A DNA stretch of 64,000 nucleotides from Marsupella aquatica (Eukaryota > Plantae > Marchantiophyta), in assembly GCA_973895155.1 (NCBI GenBank), contig OZ316895.1, positions 9,288,184 through 9,352,183 of the forward strand, written 5' to 3'. Of the stretch, positions 35,901 to 47,135 are shown in pieces. Under the pieces are notes generated by a model. It made no database searches, was not told where the DNA came from, and saw only the letters and a program-made list of their open reading frames with translations. The translations under genes were made by a program, and so were the position numbers. Position 1 is the stretch's first letter; the number at the start of each line of letters is the position of its first letter.

Positions 35901-38221
35901 GGCCCATATGTTCGAACAACTGCCATGGCATCCTGATAGGCCTGCATCATATGTCGTGCACTGCCTCCATAGGTTGATGGTAGAATATAGGTCCTACCCA
36001 CATCACTTGCTCGTGCGTCCTCATTTTGAACTGCATCTTGTAGCCCTTGATACAACTCGGTCCTTAGCTTCTTCTGATTATTCCGAATGTAGGTGAGTTG
36101 TGTTTGATCAATACATGCGTAAGCATCCACAATGTATTGCTTGAGCAATCGTCCTCCATGAAGCAACCAATCATCTCCCCGCCTTGCATGTAACCTATAC
36201 GCATAGTACTGAAGTTGGGTCACCTTCTTAGAACCGTTTCGTCCACCCCTCGCTCCTGCTTCAACAGCCACAATAATTCCATCTTGGAATTCATGGCCTG
36301 CCAATGGGATGTCATAAGACCACCCATCCTGTCCATGAGGAAAAAGCAAAACATAATGAAGGGGAGCATACGACCGATGCCACTTAGAAATCCTTTGTAG
36401 GCCACCATTCCTCTTCCTTAGGATTATGTCCCTACCACGTGTTTCAATATCTTCCTCTCCCACCATAATCACGCCAATTTCATCTGTGGTGGGCTTATTA
36501 TAGCGCCTAGGGTCAGTATCTCGCTCTGCTATAATACGTAGCGATACCTCTGCCACCTCAGTGCCATCTATGCGGCTCCCCGCATTTTTGAAGAGCCCCA
36601 CATATGGATTGTACGTATGCAGCATGTCTTGCAGTGAAGCTAACACAGCATAATCCAATTGTGGCATCCTATTCATCCTACAACCCAAGAAAAAACCATG
36701 AGACACAACTTACTGGAAACATATATACTTAGAATATTAAAGGAAAACGCTTTCAAGAATGCTGCACATATTACTTATTTACCTGTTTCCCAACTCATTT
36801 TCTGTATCATGAATATATAGCTGAGCAAATTTTGGTCCTTCTCCATCAGGCGGCAAGAGGCTACCGGCACGATGATATAATGCTCCTTGGATACGAAAGG
36901 AATATGGGCCTTGATTACCACCCCTTTCATCAATTTTAACACCTAGAGACGTAAATGCCAATGCATTATTGTAGCCTCGAATATTCTTCTGGAATGCTGT
37001 AGCTGTGGCATTGGTACCAATCAACAAACTCCGTAGAGGTTCAGGGGGATCACCAAGTTCAGACAGTACCACCTTCCCTCCGGCGCAGCACATGGTAAAG
37101 AACGGGTTGCGTTGCGTCCCTGACTTGCACTCTTCGATCCAATGAAGCGCTTTGCATTGTGGGCACTCAATGTTCATGCGTCCCAAAAGATGTCGACCCA
37201 TTGAAGGGTCCAACGGCTGTCTTGCCTTTGGTAACCGTTGGATCTGTTCCAGTCTTTGGCGCTCCTGCAAAACAACACGTGGATTGGGTTGAGCCGGAGT
37301 ATCCGGCGCAAGATTTGTGCCTCCCATTTCCTCTTGGAGCATATGCTCAATTTCCTCTTCTCCATCTTCGTTTGACAAATCCAAGGTGCCCTCAACAAAT
37401 GTGTCAAATTGATCGCCCCCATCATCGAGGATTGGATTTGGCCCCTCGTGAAGAGCACCATGAATGAGCCAATCTTCATCAAAGACGCCAGGGTCGCACT
37501 GTTCATTGTTTGGTATGGATTCACAGGGTGGGGGCTGAGCCATAAAGGCAACCCCATCTTGTAAAGCGCCATCAATGAGCCAATCCTCTTCAAAGACGTG
37601 CGGTTGTTGTGACCCATTGTTGGTTATGGGCTCGCACGGTGGGCCAATGGCAAAATCCTGGGGGGGCTGGTCAACCCCACATGCGTCCAAGGCACCATTG
37701 ATGAGCCAACCTTCATCGAACATGGGAGAGTCGGATAATCCATTCACAGGATCTTGGCTAGTACCAATAGCAATGGATCTGGCCGATGCCTGTTGAGCAG
37801 CCCTTGCTTCACGGCGAAGCTGCCTTCCACTATTTGCGCGTGCAGATGTCAAAGTTGGTCCCCAAGTTGGTCCTGTACTTGCCCCCTCAAAGGAGGCCAA
37901 TGATGTTGCTGGTGCCCGCCGCAATGCCCTTGCTTTGTGCCGTAGTTGTCGACCACTAACTGTGTGGGCAGACGCCACACTTGGTGTAGCACTTGTGGCA
38001 CTTGGTTCTGGTACCAAAAGTATCGGACTTGGTGGAATACTTGCTACCGCGACCAAAGGTCCCACAGTTGGTGTGGAAGTTGGTTGTGGCACAGTACAAA
38101 CTTCAGCCCTCTCTTGTAGCCGTCGCTCAGCATATCGTTGGCGACGCCTTGCATTTGTGACTGCCCTATTCTGGGCATGCCACTCCCGATCAGCTTCCAA
38201 TCTCTCGCGTGGGGTCCTCAT
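32933..38221 (-). CDS. Helitron Rep/PIF1-helicase (RepHel); exons 38221-36783 and 36677-32933, 1727 aa
   Basis: A 105-bp phase-2 intron at 36678-36782 (AG|gtaaat...ttgtag|G) fuses the 480-aa and 1257-aa ORFs. Zn finger CPQCKALHW..CC; Rep motifs PDLFITFTCNP, EFQKRGLPHAHIL (HUH), KYLYKYCYKG; helicase motifs GPGGTGKT, WDEAPM, GDFRQVLPV, AMTINKAQGQT, HGQLYVAFSR. No stops or frameshifts. Confidence 0.95.
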
Positions 38222-38552
38222 GGTCCAGGTTCTCTCTTAAACCCCTTCATTGTCTGCATCCAACCCACAAAACCTATGAGAATTTTGTATGCACCCGCAA
38301 TCAAGCTAAGAGACCCCTAACTATGTTGAACGCCGGTTGGGCCACACCTTTGCAAGAGACCTGAGACATGTGAGGAGACCCAATATCTGTGAAAGATATC
38401 GCCTACTGCAGTCCCTCGTCTCGCCCTCCCAACCTTTGTGGCGATCATCCTACTTCTAGGACGTCTCTTGCCCCTATGGTATCCACTTAATAGGCATTGG
38501 CTGATGCAAGCACCACAAAATGATCACATTCAAATGCCTATGTCCCATTTTG

Positions 38553-38770
38553 CCCCCGGATCACCCAAAAAAGAAAGGCCAAAAAACGTTGCCCAGGTCA
38601 CCAAAAATATTAGAGGGGCTCCCCCAAAATTCTGATGACGGCCACATCCCATGATGATCCCCCCCCCCGGATCACCCAAAAAAGAAGGGCCAAAAGTAGT
38701 GGGGGTCACCCAAAAATATTAGAGGGGCTCCCCAAAATTTATGATGACGGCCACATCCCATGGTGATCGC
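38553..38770. repeat. Imperfect ~110-bp tandem duplication in the Helitron 5' region
   Basis: cccggatcacccaaaaaagaa...aaaatattagaggggctcccc...tgatgacggccacatcccatg occurs twice. Confidence 0.85.
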
Positions 38771-39379
38771 CCCCAGACCACCCAAAAAAGTGGAGGTCGC
38801 ACAAATTCTCATGTTGGCCACCCCATGTGGATCCCTAAAAAAATCCGCCCCAAAAATTTCCGACACACTCACAAACCCCTTCCCTGGGCCATCACCAATG
38901 GGATTTGCTTAGGCCGTTTCCATCTTTGGCCGGGTCCCATACCGCCCCAGGGTGTGGTCATTTTGCATTCTCTGGCAGGTTCCCGTATGAACATACCGCC
39001 CCCGCCCCCAGGGTGTGGTCGCCCCCGGGGTGTGGTCGTTTCCCATTCAGGTTCCCATATGTTCCCGTGGTCTGGCCGTTTCCCATTGTGTGTCCATTTT
39101 TCGCTCGCTTCCAATAGTTCAAGTCCCCTTATATATACTTCTGGGGTCCTGCCACCCCCAGACCACTTCTCCCGGCAAATTTTTGGCCTCCAACCCAAAA
39201 ATGCTCGTGCAAGAACGGAGGGCGTGCGCAAGTACTTAGTAATCCTGACAGTCCAGGCTCGGGTGTACAATGGCGACAGCATCAAAAGTCAGGTCCTGAG
39301 AGGCGAGAGCATGTCGGGGCGCGGCAGTAGTCTGGCGCCGGCCTGGGTTAGCATTGACCTCGCGAGGCATCAGGAAGGA

Positions 39380-40010
39380 GGAGGGCTCAGGCGGCAGGTT
39401 TTGAGCAGGAGCGAGGCAAGCCAAGCCTGCCATCGGGAGCGCATGGGAAGGGGTGCCGGGAGCGCAGCTGCGTATGGGGGAAGGGAGCGAGGGAGGAAGG
39501 AGTAAGGAGGGAGGAGCAAGGGAGGGGCCCTGCGCAGGCTTCTGCATAGGGACCCGGACCCAGGCAGCGCGCATGGGGGAGGGGATCGAGGGAGGAAGGG
39601 GAGCAAGGAGGGAGGAGCAAGGGAGGGGCGAGTGCATAGGGACCCGGGCCCAGCCAAGGAGGCAGCACGCGCATGCGGGAGGGGAGCAAGGGAGGAGCGA
39701 GGAGGGGGGGCCGAGGCTGGGAGGCAGGGCGCGCATGGGGGAGGGGAGCAAGGAGGGGGGCTGAGGCTGGCAAGCGCAGCCGGAGCACAGCAAGGGCAGG
39801 CGGAGGAGGGCCGGGGCTCAGCAGGTGGCAAATGGAGGAGCGAGGGGGGAACCCGGGAGGCAGCGTGCATGGGGAGGGCAGGGGTCCCCGGGAGGAAGCG
39901 CAGCACATGGGGAGGGGCGAGGAACCGCATGCGAGTATGCAGGAGGGAGGCCAGCCATCGGGAGGGAATGGATTGGACTTTGGAGGGAGCGCATGGGGAA
40001 GAAGCGACAC
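39380..40010. repeat. GC-rich, strongly G/A-skewed low-complexity repeat block inside the Helitron
   Basis: Recurrent gcatggggga and ggagcaaggagggagg motifs. This explains the many overlapping Pro/Gly-rich ORFs in all frames. Confidence 0.8.
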
Positions 40011-41203
40011 GGCATGGAGTAAAACGCCTGGAGTAAAATGTCGCGAGGGATGCTGACATGTCCATCAAACTATTGTTGGCGAGGGCAGGAGGATTCAAAC
40101 GGCCGTGGCGTCAGGAGCGGCAGTGGCATCAGGAGTGCATTGGAGTAAAACACCTGGACTAAAATGCGGCGAGTTATGCTGACATGGCCAAGCTGTGGTG
40201 TGCACGGCAGGAGTACGTTTTGAAACATGGAACACAAAACGCCCAGAGTAAACGGCGAGAGAGAGGCACGGCCAGCGAGGGGCCTTGCAATAGCCTTCGG
40301 GGCCTGGACACAACCGTATTCGCAATCAAATCAAACGGTTCCTAAAAATGGTCAAACAATCTAACCGCCATGGATCACTCCCGCCCACTGCTGATTTTGT
40401 AAACGAACGACGATCAGAAAAGAGCGGGATCAGATATTATAGTGTTAGATTTGCTAGATTCCACCTGCGCTATCCCCACTCCTGTACTTTCCACTTTGCA
40501 TTTGTATCTACTAGAATGATACCAGTTCCTTCAAAGTAAATAGAGAGAATCACAAACAAACCTTGCAATACCAATAATTCTATACTATTTTAGGTTCTTT
40601 TTTGCCCATAGCCCTGGAAGTAGCTTTGTATTGTGTTTTATCAATACGATAGGGTGAACTCTTCTCTTTGTGCTTGTATGTATAGGGTGACCAATGTCTT
40701 GCAAGTTACTAGTTAGGAGCATCGTGAACAATTAGCCGTCTACTCTAATGATGTGTTGACCAATCCAATAAGGTTGAGCAAAAACTACAACCCAAATGGC
40801 TTACAGGAACGTTATTCAATCATGAGCTCATTTGGTTTTAGGGTTATTGGATCTGTATACGTACTATTGAGTAAGGCTTTGACTGAATAGAGGCTTCATT
40901 ATTGGGTTCTCCAATACCTGATGATTAGTATTCAACTGTGCCAATGTGAGGAGGTACTAAAAAACCACTAACCATTGGGTTTGCATTTTGGCGTATCATC
41001 TTTGGTATATACAGTATACTTAAAAAATGCAACTCTTTACCCTATATTTAATGTATACAAGAAAAATCTAGAGTACATGTTGATGCTATAACCCTGATTC
41101 CAGAATGTGAGAATAGTAGGGTTACAATCTACAGTAGAACACTCCTCTGACCTTGGTTATTGTACGTAAATCCTTTCTGGTTAACACAAAATAGTGACAC
41201 ACA

Positions 41204-44200
41204 TGAAAAAAAAACAGAAGTGATTCCTATATGTATAGATAAACCTCCGCAATGGCTAGTTAACACAAAATGTATTATTATCCCTCCCGGACACCTCACC
41301 AGTTATCTCGGAGCACCAATTGGACAAATGTTGTCTAAATCTCAGTTCCAAGACTTCTGCATGTCTAAACTACACCAACAGCTGGCTAGTTGGTCTAACA
41401 AAAACTTCTCCTTTACGGGCAGAGTACTATTAATCAAGTAGGTACTCCTTTCGATGATTGTTTACAATATGATGTATTCTAATTTTGCCGTGAGTATCAC
41501 AGATTTGATTCAGCAGACATGCAAGGATTTTTTGTGGGGGTTCAACAAAAATGGAGGAAGGAAGACGCCGCTCGTCTCTTGGTCTAGGATGTGCGGTAGT
41601 AAGAAGAATGGGGGGTTGGGATTTAAAGACATTCAAATTCAGGCATTGGCCTTGCTTTCTAGGTGGGCAGTTCGTATGCTATCTGACCCAGGATCAGAGT
41701 GGACGATTTTATTTTCTGCTAACCTTCGCCTGGCAGCTTGGAAGAAGGCGGTTAAGCTTCGACTATCTGGATACACAATCATGGACAGGTTCCTATTCTC
41801 CTCTCCTCAAAGTTTCAGAGGAATGACGTATACTGCAGGCATATGGAAAGCTTGGGCTCGGATAAGGGACCACCTTCATTGGCACTCTAGTGCGCTAGCT
41901 ATTCCTGCTCGATGGAGTATGGCGGACCTTCTAACTAAATCCTTCCATTCCCATCATCTTCCCTCTTCCTCTATCCCTCGCATAATCTCTGCGTGTGCCC
42001 GAATACAGCTTCGCTTCGTCTCTGTTCTTTGGAACTGGCATACTGGAGCATGGGTAGATTTCTCCCACCGGTTATCCCGTCTCCGGGGTTATCATCCCTC
42101 CTAAATAGACGCCATTAATATCCTGCTAGGGTATCTCCAGGGTGGTCCACCCCCGTCCCTCTCCCAAACTTTTGTGGCATCTCAATGGTACTGGAACGGT
42201 CGTCATAATCATCCTTCCCCTCGGTTCCTAACTAGCACTTTGGCATATCGGTTCATAGACCAGTCGATATGTGATGATAGATCTCTCAACTCTCGTTGGG
42301 GAACACAAGACTCGGTTGCTAGGTGGCAGATGAGATGGAAACTATTGTGGCGTTCTGACCTATCCAACCCTGGGAAGATATTTCTTTGGCGTATACTGGC
42401 TGCAGGATTGTTCACAGGGAAATGCGCGCATCAATGTGGGCATGGCGATGGATCCTGCCCTTACTGTAGGGGAAGTCCCGAGGACAACAATCACATATTT
42501 TTCAACTGCCCGCAGGCCACCGCTGCCTGGAACCAGACGATTTGGTTCTTTGAAAGACTGCCCGCCCTGTCTTATATCCCAGGGGGGCACTCCTTCATTT
42601 CTACCCTGGATTCAGCTTTGAGCCACTCCCCCCGGCATACAGCCCGACTTTATGTTATATACGAGACTGTTTGGCTCTTATGGAAAAACAGAAATATTCG
42701 GCTGTTTCAGAACCAAACAGTAGTATTTTCTCCTTATGTAGCAGCTTCCCATGTTGCGCAGCATCTCCGTTCCGTCGCAATATGTTCAGAGTCTGAAAAA
42801 AAAAAACGCCTACACTATGCCAAAAAATTCATCGCCCGGCCTCTCACCAATACATCTATTAGATAGAAATCCATTAGATAGAATCCTTCCTAGCAAGCAT
42901 CGTGTCCAATACTCCTACTGTTCTTCATCTTATGTCCATCATGCATCGTCTCCGCTCACACTCTCATTCTTCTGAGCTACCAACATCCTGGATTGTAGTA
43001 CCCCCTCAAGATACTCAATTGTCAAACAAACTGTTCATTGTGTCAAGTGCATCTGAAACCTCATCTTCACACTATCTGCACCCGCTTCTTCCATCGACGA
43101 CTACCATCTATCGACACCTATGCTTGGCAACAGTCCAGCTGACCTTATTATGGATGGTCGTTGCCATAGATGGCTGTTCTTTCTCATATAGTGGTTTGCT
43201 GGGATTGCGCATCACCCCCGAGTGGGAAGATTCCGTTTTCCCAGTGCCATTCTGCACAATCTCGCTCACCATATACAAGTACTCTCACTTCAAATTGTTT
43301 CGTATTTCAGCTAGAGTGCCTGCTCGGATCTGGCTTTCAGCCAACCTTTGGATCTTTGGGTCTGCCGGAGTGGGTATGTATAGATTAGATCAATCAGTAG
43401 ATTAGATCGGTTAGATCGGGTCAAATCGATCATTATAATTTAGGAAATATCTTTCGGTCCTGGTTTATTTCCATGTATTTCTTGACTCTTTATCTGTTCC
43501 CATGTACAGATATTCCTGATTGGGCTGGCCACGGGTGTTCCGTTCCCTCCTCTTGCGACCAGGCTCGTTCCTTTTCGGTTCATCCATCCCCACGGTGCAT
43601 CCGGTTTGGCTCTACTGGTGGCATCCATATCGGAGAATCGAGATATCCAATCTGTGGGGATGCCATTGGTTGGAGCTTCAAGGTTGGTTCGTTCGACTCC
43701 TGGTCTCACCGACATATCAGCATGGACTCTGCTTGCGGCTTCCACTCCGAGACTCCATGCATCTATTCCTTGGATTGTTATTCTGGATGTGGCCGGTAGC
43801 TCCCTGAGGAACAATCCGTTCATATGGCCCCATAGGAATCCATGGCTCATTCCTTAACTCGCGTACTGCTCGGCTTGGATTGGGAATTCATCTGGACAAC
43901 ATCTTTATATCATGTAGACGCAATTCAATCATCCAATTGTTGTTACTAGGCAAACCTATCTATAAGCCATGGAGTAATTGATATTACTCTTCTAATCCTG
44001 CTCAGTTATCGGTACTTACTGTCGATTGCTCTGCCCTTTGTCTCCCCCGATGCTAAGTCGGGACCCTATATATTCTAAGCCTCATCATCGGATTGGTGTC
44101 TATCTCAATATTCTCGTTTCCACCTTGGAATGGATGCCAGTCAGAAGAATAGCTGGTACTGGCAACGTCGAAGATGGTGCAGCTGACGAAATTGAACTCT

Positions 44201-45103
44201 CTTTATGGACCTGGGCCTCGACTCCGTGGTGCAGTGGTTTTCTGGTGATTGGTTCTGCAAGTGATGGACATAGCAAGTGATGGACATAGCAGATGGACTC
44301 AGGTTACTGGTGGTGGGGGGAGTGGCGCTCATGGCTGGCTCCGATCAGGTCTTCTTGCTGGGTTCTGGATAATGGTGTTTTTGTCTTGAACTGAAATGGG
44401 GAGGAAATACAATAGACTCCCCCCACCCCAATGTGACAGTTTTTCTGTAGCTAACCCAGACCAGGGTGAGCCCCAACGGATCCTACAGGGACCCGCACCA
44501 GGAAGGAGAGAGGATTACATCAGGGCCACAAAGTGGGCAACCAGGGACCGAGCAGATAATCAGAACTCCAATCCACTACCCACAAAACCCATCCCACCCA
44601 CACACATATACCCTCCACACCCCAGTGTGTGGAGGGGGGATTGAACCTGGGACCTCTCAGTTCCAGGCAAATCCCCTAGCCAATTGACCTAAGTCAATTG
44701 GTTCGATAATGGTGTTTTGATCTCTTGGTTATTTACGTCTGGCTCTTGTTAGCGGTTCGTTCGGCTCATGTTAGCGGTTCGTTTGGCTCATGTTAGTGGT
44801 TCTCCGCTTCTGGGGACCTATCCTCCCATTATGTTCTGCCTCCTCCAAATAGGCAGGTTGGGGGTCCGGTCCCGTTCTCTTTTCTCTGGGTGTGCACCTT
44901 CTCCTGCCCCCATTTTTTGTTTGTTTGTTTTGGTTCTCTCCTGTCTCCTCTCTCCAGACAGGTTGTTTCCGCCTTGCTTGCTGGGCTCCGTTGTGTAATA
45001 AAGCTCTGGGCTCTGTTCCACGTAAAAAAAAAAAGAAAAAAAAAGTGAATTGGGGCAGTTGGTGGGTTTCAACCCAACCATCTATGTATTAACATTGAAA
45101 AAA
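41204..45103 (+). mobile_element. 5'-truncated L1-like LINE: ORF2 C-terminal part (RT end and zf-RVT) with stops, long 3' region and poly(A); flanked by a 16-bp TSD
   Basis: TSYLGAPIG, WSNKNFSFTGRVLLIK, CKDFLWG, VSWSRMCGSKKNGGLGFKD, KIFLWR, CPYC..EDNNHIFFNC, VWLLWKNRN are typical plant L1 ORF2 motifs. AATAAA at 44997 is followed by an A-tail at 45024-45044. TSD aaaatagtga(c/t)acaca at 41188-41203 and 45104-45119. Confidence 0.9.
44382..44704 (-). mobile_element. tRNA-derived SINE (~323 bp) inserted antisense in the LINE 3' region
   Basis: Perfect 14-bp TSD gataatggtgtttt at 44368-44381 and 44705-44718. Minus-strand A-box-like TAGGTCAATTGG (44680-44691) and B-box GGTTCAATCCC (44637-44647) lie at tRNA-like spacing near the 5' end. 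Confidence 0.8.
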
Positions 45104-45943
45104 AAAATAGTGATACACAGCCAGGTCAGGGCAGTAAATCCTTGGTTAAAACATTTAGAAGTCAAGATAACATAGAACGGCGTGGGCAGGAACAGTTGCC
45201 CGTCCTAACCCTGCTAGAATGTGACATGCACATGCACAGAAATAGTCAAGAGTGACCTGTAAGTCAACCAAGTCACATTAGTAATGAGCAGGGGCAAAAA
45301 CTCTACAAGAACTTGGAGACAAGATTCTTTTGCAAAGGCTCCCAATGCTGTTCCAAGAAAAGAAATACAGTAGGTGGGTCCATTTCATTACTGATCCCAT
45401 GGGAAGCTCCTTCCAAAAGCAGCAATGACAAACAAGAATGGCTAGTAAGTGGTTCGACGTCATTTTGGTTTAGTAATGCAAGTAAAACATCATTGTAAAG
45501 ATGACAAACGATGGCTAATGACTAGTTACGTATAGGAATAGGCACTAGACTATATTGTCTGAAGAATCACTTTTCTCTTTTAATTCTACTAAAGAGTAAG
45601 TGGTTACTCTTTTCAGAATGAGTTCTGAGAAAAACTAGAAATGGTGGACAATGGGGTTTGGTAATTGCAAAACTTGTAAGGTTATGTGAAAAATTAAAGT
45701 AATTTGCCCACACCCCAACCCCAGCTGTCATATCCCTTCCTGCCACCCTCCCATCTCATTCCCCGCATTTCATGAGTACTTGTTCCCCCTTCTTCTGTCA
45801 TACTATCCTTATCTCATTAATCCCGTCTTAGTCCCTCTAAACTACTAATCACGATGGACCAAAATATGATTTGGCATTGTTTAGCTTATTGTAAAGGACT
45901 TGCGTAAAGGACTTGCGTAGCATGTCTGATCAGAGGTACATCC

Positions 45944-46170
45944 TGCCTGCGAACAAACTTCCTCAACTTCATATCATGCCCTTGAGCAAACTTGCTCCAA
46001 CCAACAATAAGTCAACAAGGCTGCATGCAATTTGTTGAGTAGATTGTGAGCTAAGGTGCCTGCGAACAAACTTCCTCTACTTCATATCATGCCCTTGAGC
46101 AAACTTGCTCCAACCAACAATAAGTGAACAAGGCTGCATGCAATTTGTTGAGTAGATTGTGAGCTAAGGT
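45944..46170. repeat. Near-perfect tandem duplication, 113-bp unit x2
   Basis: tgcctgcgaacaaacttcctc...gattgtgagctaagg starts at 45944 and at 46057. Confidence 0.95.
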
Positions 46171-47135
46171 CAATTAATTGATGCAGCTTGAGGAGATCTA
46201 TGCTTTGCAGAATGATCCAAATTTCATTAGTTCTTTTGAGAGTTGTAATGAACATTTAATGCCTAGTCTTCACACCGGCCTTAATTAAACGCAGTCCTTA
46301 TCAGTGGCTCAAGCTGGATCATACATACTTGAGAGAGAGTTCACTTTTGTGGTCACCTACCAAAAGGAGTTCGAATGCGATCCAAAGTAACTATTTTGAT
46401 AAGATTTTGACTAGGATTTTTAATTTGCGGACGAAGCTCATCTGCCACGTTAGGGAGAATGGGAGGAAATGGCAGGCATCACCTTCGACATTAGGGAGGA
46501 ATGGCACGTAACTGCAAACACTCTCAACTACCAAGAACTACAAACCGACCCAGTTATAGTCCTCAAGCAACCAACTTACTCCACCGACCAGACGAGAGCT
46601 GCTGTTTCTAACTAGCGTCACACAAACTTCAAACTGAATTCATCGGTACGCGAGAGCAATCATATGGAGGAGAACACACGAGCTGAGTGAACAAAGAACT
46701 TGAAAAATCCGCAAGAAATGTTCGCTAAACAAATTGGAGGAACACAGCGTGTCTCCTACTCATATTACAAATCTATCTATCACTGCTGTACTCGCTCCTA
46801 ACCACAATCGTTCGGCACCTTCGGAACCCTGGGGCAAAACACACTCTGTACACAAAAGTAGCGTTGGTCTCATTTTACATGCTGATCCCGGCTGGCGGTG
46901 TGCCAGTACACCGTCTCAGCTGTTTCTAGGAAGTAATGTGACCTAACTACAAGGGCTGTCGCAAAGGGATAAGAACACTAACTTTACAAAACTAACCCTA
47001 CATCTTGGTGGATAATGATGCAAAGTGTGCCTGCAATCCTGCGTGATGACGAGCGCCACTGGAAAAAAGGAGGACGATTGTCATTAGGAAGGAGCGCAAG
47101 CACAGCATTAAATATGATACGCCGAGGTAGTTCCT

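Larger units (their letters stand above)
32560..40449 (-). mobile_element. Full-length autonomous Helitron (7890 bp)
   Basis: 5' end A|TCTAACACTATAATATC at 40449. 3' end hairpin CGTGC-AAC-GCACG (32573-32585), then CTAG|T at 32560-32563. Inserted between A and T with no TSD. Encodes RepHel. Confidence 0.93.

Noticed and set aside
38741-40098. Many overlapping 130-250 aa ORFs on both strands
   Set aside because: They arise from GC-rich low-complexity repeats lacking stop codons, and no domain motifs are present.
44630-44704. Possible tRNA gene
   Set aside because: A and B boxes are present but there is no convincing acceptor stem or cloverleaf, and it is flanked by a TSD, so a SINE head fits better.
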